DNA of 64,000 nt, from assembly GCA_002269645.1 (NCBI GenBank), contig NIVC01002159.1, positions 1 through 64,000 on the forward strand, read 5' to 3'. Source of the DNA: Macrostomum lignano. Lineage: Eukaryota. The notes below the pieces were generated by a model. The model was given only the letters and a program-made list of their open reading frames with translations, ran no database searches and was not told the origin of the DNA. The position numbers and the translations under genes were made by a program. Positions 24,201 through 33,200 of this stretch are shown here, piece after piece (position 1 is the stretch's first letter; every line of letters starts with the position of its first letter).

Positions 24201-27200
24201 CCACTCAGTGCCTGTAAGTCTGACAGGTGTTTACTTGCATTCCGTCTGTATCCCAGCAGCGCACCTCATTCTACTGTTAAACTATTGAAGTCTGCATCTT
24301 TGGCAATGCAAAAAGTAAAGTTAGCAATAAAATCAAATTCTGCAAGCACAACTATAATTAAGTTACATCTCTTTCGCCTCTCTCCCCCCCCCCACAGTTC
24401 ATATTCGCCAAGCCTATCCTTGCCTCAAGGGGGGGGGGCAACTCGAGGCCCTGGCTTAAGGCGTGTCTGAATTTATTTAAGCTTTTCCAGATTAATTAAT
24501 GCCCAACGCCTCAGTTTAACTTTCTACTGATTAGTCCTAATTGCCTACGCTAGGCTGCTCTTACGAATACGAGCTGTGCACGGGCCAGAAATTCGATGAG
24601 GTAGGCTGGCTGGTGTATGGCTGGTTGGCCCTTTTCCGATACACATTAAAGGCACAGTAAAGCTTTGCAATGAGCTGCGGCTGCTGCTGCTGCTGCTGCA
24701 CTTGGGGCAACTGTAGCGGTTCCGCAGTCAGGCTCTCACTGTGTCTGCAGGGGGCAGTGGGATCCAGGTCTCTATCCCGAACTACTGCGGCTGAGTGACT
24801 CACCCCCATGGAACTGTGCTGTGCGCCACAATATCGCGAATCACTTATTCGTTACTCATGAGCTCACTTATAAACTCATCATAACCTCACTCTTGAACTC
24901 AATTATAAACTCACTTTTACAACTCGTTCGTGAACCCATTCATGAACTCACTCAGGAAGTCATTCATGAACTCACTCAGGAAGTCATTTATGAACTTACT
25001 CAGTGACTCATTCATGAACTCACTCAGGAAGTCATTCATGAACTCACTCAGGAAGTCATTCATGAACATACTCAGTGACTCATTCATGAACTCACTCAGG
25101 AAGTCATTCATGAACTCACTCAGGAAGTCATTCATGAACTTACTCAGTGACTCATTCATGAACTCACTCAGGAAGTCATTCATGAACTCACTCAGGAAGT
25201 CATTCATGAACTCACTCAGGAAGTCATTCATGAACATACTCAGTGACTCATTCATGAACTCACTCAGGAAGTCATTCATGAACTCACTCAGTGACTCATT
25301 CATGAACTCACTCAGGAAGTCATTCATGAACTCACTCAGTGACTCATTCATGAACTCACTCAGGAAGTCATTCATGAACTCACTCAGGAAATCATTCATG
25401 AACACACTCAGTGACTCATTTATGAACACACTCAGTGACTCATTCATGAACTCACTCAGTGACTCATTCATGAACACACTCAGTGACTCATTCATGAACA
25501 CACTCAGTGACTCATTCATGAACACACTCAGTGACTCATTCATTAAGTCACTCAGTGACTCATTCATGAACTCACTCAGTGACTCATTCATGAACACACT
25601 CAGTGACTCATTCATGAACACACTCAGTGACTCATTCATGAACACACTCAGTGACTCATTCATGAACACACTCAGTGACTCATTCATGAACACACTCAGT
25701 GACTCATTCATGAACACACTCAGTGACTCAGTCATGAACTCACTCAGGAACTCATTAATCTATTACAATAGACAATGTGGCAGTAATTCTAATTATAATT
25801 TTTCTAGATTACTATACAGAATAACTTGGCTCAGAATAGGCATAAGCCGCCTGTATCCAGTTCAGAGCGCGCCTGTCTGCATAAGCCCCCTTAATTCAGC
25901 TTTATAGCAGGTCTCTGACCAGCATTGATATTCTGTATCTACCACCAAGTAGCGCTCATCCATGCATTCAATGCGTTCGCACTTGTCTGGCTTCAGTGTT
26001 TTTATAGTATCGTATGTATATAAATGTGTGTGTGTTCCCAGCCAAGCCCTAATAGCGGACTTATTAGCTGAATTTGGTGCAGCGGAACGGTGGGTAGGCT
26101 AAATTCGGTTTAAATAGCGCTATAAATTTTGCCAAATCTGTTGAGGCCACGTGTCAGTCATTGCTGGTTCATCATTTATATCTTTATGAAAAGTGTTTTT
26201 CCAATTTCTGTCGTTGCTATGTTACCCCACAAGAGCTTAAGGTAAGTTTTTTAAAAGTAAAGGCACATTAATTTAAAAGTTTTGTGGGTACTCTGCTTGC
26301 CGTTAGGAAAATGATTGGAGCAGATTGACTGCTCAAGGATCTGTGGAATTAATTAGTCTGGCTGCCCGCTCTCTATCCACTTTCTATCATATCTCTATCC
26401 GCTCTCTATCCGCTCTCTATCCGCTCACTATCCGCTCACTATCCGCTCACTATCCGCTCACTATCCGCTCACTATCCGCTCACTATCCGCTCACTATCCG
26501 CTCACTATCCGCTCTCTATCCGCTCACTATCCTCTCCCTATCCGCTCCCTATCCGCTCACTATTCGCTCACTATCCGCTCACTATCCGCTCACTATCCGC
26601 TCTTTATCCGCTCTTTATCCGCTCACTATCCGCTCACTATCCGCTCACTATCCGCTCACTATCCGCTCTTTATCCGCTCACTATCCGCTCCCTATCCGCT
26701 CACTATCCGCTCCCTATCCGCTCTTTATCCGCTCACTATCCGCTCACTATCCGCTCTTTATCCGCTCACTATCCGCTCACTATCCGCTCACTATCCGCTC
26801 ACTATCCGCTCTTTATCCGCTCACTATCCGCTCACTATCCGCTCCCTATCCGCTCACTATCCGCTCTTTATCCGCTCACTATCCGCTCACTATCCGCTCT
26901 TTATCCGCTCACTATCCGCTCTTTATCCGCTCCCTATCCGCTCACTATCCGCTCTTTATCCGCTCACTATCCGCTCACTATCCGCTCACTATCCGCTCAC
27001 TATTCGCTCTCTATCCGCTCTTTATCCGCTCACTATCCGCTCACTATCCGCTCCCTATCCGCTCACTATCCGCTCTTTATCCGCTCACTATCCGCTCACT
27101 ATCCGCTCCCTATCCGCTCACTATCCGCTCTTTATCCGCTCCCTATCCGCTCACTATCCGCTCTTTATCCGCTCACTATCCGCTCACTATCCGCTCACTA

Positions 27201-30200
27201 TCCGCTCACTATTCGCTCTCTATCCGCTCTTTATCAGCTCTACATCCGCTCACTATCCGCTCACTATCCGCTCACTATCCGCTCACTATTCGCTCTCTAT
27301 CCGCTCTTTATCAGCTCTACATCCGCTGTATATCGTGTCTGAATTAGAAATTCGAGCAAGCACTTGTCAATTGATCAATTTTTAATATTCAAAGCCAATT
27401 TTTAATTTCCTCAATCAGACAAAGTCCGGAAACCCCGACTCTGGGCAGCAGCCCCGTCACAACGGCCGCCCCCGCCAGTCCAACGCCGTCGTCCGCGGAG
27501 TCCCTGGCCGACCTGGACGCCCTGACCCGCGAAGCCGCCAGCAGAAACGATTCGTGGGCCAACGCCCAGGAGAAGAAGCTGCTGAAGCAGTGCGGCGAGA
27601 AGCTTGTGCGGCGATGCAACTTTGTCTACGAGCTGGTGTCCACGGAGATCAACCACCTGCGCAACATCCGGGCGATGCAGGTGAGACTGACCGTTCAGGT
27701 TCCTTGTCTTCGTCTCTGTGCATCCGCTCTCCATCCGCTCTCTATCCGCTCTCTCCGCTCTCTATCCGCTCTCCATCCGCTCTCTATCCGCTCTCCATCC
27801 GCTCTCTATCCGCTCTCCATCCGCTCTCTATCCGCTCTCTATCCGCTCTCCATCCGCTCTCTATCCGCTCTCCATCCGCTCTCTATCCGCTCTCCATCCG
27901 CTCTCTATCCGCTCTCCATCCGCTCTCTATCCGCTCTCCATCCGCTCTCTATCCGCTCTCCATCCGCTCTCTATCCGCTCTCCATCCGCTCTCTATCCGC
28001 TCTCCATCCGCTCTCTATCCGCTCTCCATCCGCTCTCTATCCGCTCTCCATCCGCTCTCTATCCGCTCTCCATCCGCTCTCTATCCAACCTATTTGCTCT
28101 CTATCCGCTCACTATCCGCTCACTATCCGCTCTCTATCCTCTATCCATCCGCTTTCCATCCGCTTTCCATCCGCTCTCCATCCGCTCTCCATCCGCTCTC
28201 CATCCGCTCTCCATCCGCTCTCCATCCGCTCTCCATCCGCTCTCCATCTGCTCTCCGTCTGTTTTCTATCCGCTCTCCTTCCACTCTCGAATCTGATCTC
28301 CAACCGCTCTCCATCCGTTCACCTTGGCGTCCTCGCCGCCCGCCCGCAGGTTGTATTCCGAGAGCCCCTTCGCCGTCTGCCGCCCAGCGCCGCCATCTCG
28401 GCCGCCGAGATCGAAGCGCTGTTCCCTCAGCTGGACCTGCTGGAGCGCCTGCACTCCGGCCTGCTGGCCGACCTGCGCCGCTGCGAGCCGCCGGCCGTCC
28501 TGACCAAAGCGACTCTGCCGCCAGCCGCCGACTGGGCCGGACTGGCCGGCCTCGGGGCCGCCCTGCGCCGCCACCTGTCCGGACCGGCCGGTACTGATTG
28601 GCTAACGGCCTATGGCGGATTCTGCTTTGAGCACACCGTCACCCTGCAGCCTGGGTTGGCCGCCCTCACAGCCAGGAGTGCCGGCTTCGCCAACGCGCTC
28701 AGAGACTGCGAGCGGAGTCCGCAGGCGGGGAGGAAAACCCTGCTGGTGGGTTCTCGGGCTGTGAGGGAGGCGGGGCGGGGAGGTTTAGTGTAAATAATCG
28801 TTTTGAGTCGGTTTTTGTTGGTTTGAATCGGTTTCAGTCGATTTGAGTCGATTTGAGTTGATTTGAGTTGGTTTGAATTGGTTTGAGTTGGTTTGAATCG
28901 GTTTGAGTCGATTTGAGTCGATTTGAGTTGATTTGAGTTGGTTTGAATTGGTTTGAGTTGGTTTGAGTCGATTTGAGTCGATTTGAGTTGGTTTGAGTCG
29001 TTTTGAATTGATTTGAGTTGGTTTGAGTCGGTTTAAATCGGTTTGAGTTGGTTTGAGTGGTTTGAGTCAGCTCGGACAGTTCAAGTGGCTCCCCTGTGAA
29101 GTCCTGCACTGTCAGCCAGCCGCTGCACCCGCCGCCACTGCCACCACCAGGATCACTACCTGACGGTCACCCAGCGGCTGTCCAAGTACAAGACGCTGCT
29201 GCCCCAGATAGCCGAGTGCTGCCAGCTGGTGGCTCCCGTAGATGCCGACATGGCGGCGGCCTGCGCCGACCTGGACTCGCTGCTGCAGGCCGTCAACGAC
29301 CAGGTTGAGCGGCGGCACAATGAGCACGTGCTCGGCCAGGTGGCGGCCAACTTCCAGCCCGACCAGGGCATCTCCGCCCAGCAGCACCTGGCCGGCAGGC
29401 GGCTCATCCACAGCGGTCGGCTGCAGGTCCGCCACCAGGAGGCCAAGGTGCCCGCCGTCGCCAGCTTCGGGTTGCTGCTGAACGACTCGCTGCTGCTCCT
29501 CCAGGAGCTCGCGGGCGGCCGGTTCGCCCCGCTGTCCGGCCCCGCCATCGCCGGCTGCGCCTGCCTGCCGCTGATGCGATTCGCCGAGACCGACGCCATC
29601 GTCAGGGAGAACGAAGGCAGCAAGCCGACGTTTTTTATCGTGGTGAAGCGGCCGGAGCCCAAGCTGATCAGCGTGGCCTGCCTCAGCCAGGAGGACAGAG
29701 ACAAGTGGCTGCGGCTGATTAACAAGGTGAGCTGGGAGAGGAGATACCTGGCTCGGTTTTCCACGCCATACCAGGAAACCGGGTTGATCTCGCGTGTAAC
29801 CTGGCTGGTTAATCCGGGTGGTACCTGATTGATCCCGGTGATACCTGGTCTGGTTAATCTCTAATCCCAGGTGATATCTGGTTGATCCCGGTGATACCTG
29901 AATGATCCCGGTGGTACCTGATTGATCCCGGTGGTACCTGATCTTGCTAATCCCTAATCCCAGGTGATATCTGGTTAATCCCGGGTGATACCTGGTTTAG
30001 TTAATCGCAGATGATAACTGGTATGATTGATCCCGGTGATTCCTGGTTGATCCCGGTGATTCCTGGTTGATCCCGGTGATTCCTGGTTGATCCCGGTGAT
30101 TCCTGGTTGATGCCGGTGATTCCTGGTTGATCCCATGGGTTCAATGATCGCGGTAACACAGATGTTTCACCCAACTCTCTCTCTCAAAATATTAACTGCA

Positions 30201-33200
30201 CGCGCAGGTCCGGGACTCGAATCCGCACGCGGACGAGCGCGCCCAGGAGGCGGCACGCCGGCTCCGCCAGAAGTCAGCGGCCTCGGCAGACCTCCTGGCC
30301 AGCATGGAGCGCCGGGATCGAGAGCTGCAGGCCCTGCTGAACGAGAAGACTCAACTGTGGCACCAGCTGCTCCTGCTGTGGGGCTGCCAGAAGCAGCAGC
30401 AGCAACAGGAGAACTCAGTGGCCGACGTAGCAGCCGCCGCGGACCCGGACTGCCAGCCGGAGAGGCTCTGCCGCGAGGCCCTGTCCGAGCTCGGCCGCCT
30501 GCGCCGCTTCGTGCGCAGCTGCCAGGAGGTGTCCGGCTCCTTGGAGGACGCGGACGCCGAGGCGGACTCGGCCAGCCTGAAGCGCAGCTCCAGCAGCGCC
30601 GAGGAGAAATCGGCGGCCGCAATCAGCTTGCCGAAGCGGGCGGACACCTTCAGCGGCTACGACGCCGCAATGACCCGCCGGCCGGCTAAACGGATGACCA
30701 GCTCGGCCGCAGGGACTCTGCCGCCCGGCGCCGTCCTCACTGCCGAACCGGCCGGCATTGCGCTGAGGGTGAGCGGCTCATCTCTTCTCAGCACTCCTCT
30801 CTTCTCAGCACTCCTCTCTTCTCAGCACTCCTCTCTTCTCAGCACTCCTCTCTTCTCAGCACTCCTCTCTTCTCAGCACTCCTCTCTTCTCAGCACTCCT
30901 CTCTTCTCAGCACTCCTCTCTTCTCAGCACTCCTCTCTTCTCAGCACTCCTCTCTTCTCAGCACTCCTCTCTTCTCAGCACTCCTCTCTTCTCAGCACTC
31001 CTCTCTTCTCAGCACTCCTCTCTTCTCAGCACTCCTCTCTTCTCAGCACTCCTCTCTTCTCAGCACTCCTCTCTTCTCAGCACTCCTCTCTTCTCAGCAC
31101 TCCTCTCTTCTCAGCACTCCTCTTTGCCTCTCTTCTTCCTCCTCCCTCTCTCCCTCCCGTCTCTCCCTCTCTCCCTCTCCATCTCTCTATCTCTCCCCCT
31201 CTCTCCCTCTCCCTCTCCTTCACTTCCTCTCCCTCTCTCCCTCTCCTCCTCTCCCCTCTCCTCCTCTCCCTCTCTTCCTCTCTCCCTTTCTCCCTCATTC
31301 TATCCTTCTCCCTCTCTCTGCCTCTCTCCCTCTCTCTCCCTCCCTCTCTCTCTCCATCTCCCTCTCCCTTTCTCGATTTCCCTTCCTCAAATTGTCCCGG
31401 TGACTGGATTCGGTGGCTATTAGGCTCACACTTAACCTGTCACTGTGCGAGTTTACAGTGCCAACGGCGGCGCGCGCACACAGTGCATTAATAATTAGCA
31501 GAGAGTTCATCACGGAGCACAAAATCTGAAATGAATTCCAATTGCAGCGCAAGGCTCGCCAAAGTTCGATCTCGGCCTTCGTCACGCTTAGAAAGGTCTG
31601 ACAGTCAGTAGGCATTTGCTGCTTATTAACTAATCAGTAACTCGGTAATGATGATTGCTTCTTGTGCCTCTGCTCGGATTGCCAATACTGGATTTCTAGT
31701 CCGGAATGTACTTTACACTTTTTTTATTAAGTGTTCGCAGCTTCAGTTCTCACATGCAGCAGCTTCATCTCTGCCATGCAAATGCTTGCCTGCTCTATAG
31801 CTGTCGCAGAGGTAGATTAGAAAGCCTTCTAAATCACTAAAGGGCCCTGGAGTCCTGGACTCGAGTCAGTACTTCTTCCTGAGGCTCGGATTCAATTAAT
31901 TTAATTACATTTCTTTGCAGACTCCTTAAGCCTGCCTCCGGCTTCCAGCTGTTTCTGAGACTTAGTAGTAAGAGGCTTCGCTCTGATTCTCGATTAAAAA
32001 ACTCATCCATCCGGCTTTCCCAGGTAAAATATCACAGAAACCCCAGTTAGCCGCAATGCAGGCCTGTGGCTTGCACCGCAATTGGCGCTCATGCGAGCCA
32101 AACCCTCCAGACACAAAGAAGGCCCAGCTCCTGTATACTTGTCTGATAATGTACATATAGATAAGAACTATATGTACATATCGGGGCAGATGTACATTTA
32201 TACCCCAACCCCTCTAATATGAGTACATCCTAGGGTGAGCGGAATGGGCTTTCTTTTTTTCCAGACAGTCTCGCGTCCTCAGATAACGTATTTTATCTAG
32301 ACTACATGTACATGCATTCACGCTAATTTTAACGACGTTTTTGGCACGAATTTAAACTGCTAAGCCAGGGGTTGGCAAACTCTTTATCTCCAGTAGAGAG
32401 TAGAAAATAGAGGAGAGAGGAGTAAGGAGAGGAAAGAGGAAAAAAGAGAGGAGAGGAGAGAGAAGAGGAGAGAACATCGGAGATAAGAGAGAATGGGGCA
32501 GAGAGAAGAGGGGGGAGAGGAGATTAAACCTTGAGCGGGCCGTATTGCTATTGTGAAGTTTCAAAGGACCCGAGGGCCGGATAGAGAGCCTTGGCGCTTA
32601 CCGAGTTTGCTGACCCCTGTACTAAAGCCTTTAGTAGTGAAAACTGTTTTACCCAAAAGAAAATGATTTATTCGTACGATTGTCTCTGTTTTTTACCAAT
32701 GAAAAAGAATATAAACGTCACTCAATTCTCTAGGCGAATTATCACATAAAAACGGTTTAAATTCTGAAAATCTAAAATTTCCGGCTTTAAGACTGCCTTA
32801 ATTACCAATAATAATCTTTACCCTAACAATAATATACACTTGCACACTGTATAAAACGACAGTTTTTAGCACGAATTCAAACCCCAAACCCTTTAGCTGA
32901 TGAAATTCACTTTTAAAGATCAAAATCGAAGAATTTTGCGATTAGCAGATAATCCGACTTTATCTCCGCGGTCTTGCATGCCTCTGACTCGAACCGATGC
33001 TTCGGCTAAAAGTTTGAAAAACTGCAGCAGGCTGAGACCGCAGCCTGGCTTGCTCTGCTCTGCCCCACCTCTAGTCCGTGTGAACCAATTCTATCGTATA
33101 GCTTCGCCTCTTGCTATTTTTGGACTAACCGCGAGAGATTTCTACAGTCAAACTCCTATATTTCTACTACCAGTAGCTGATCTCTCACATTCGAATTTCC

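Noticed and set aside
15373-25755. Regular repeat arrays as CRISPR
   Set aside because: Head-to-tail units with no unique spacers, no cas genes, and a eukaryotic intron context.
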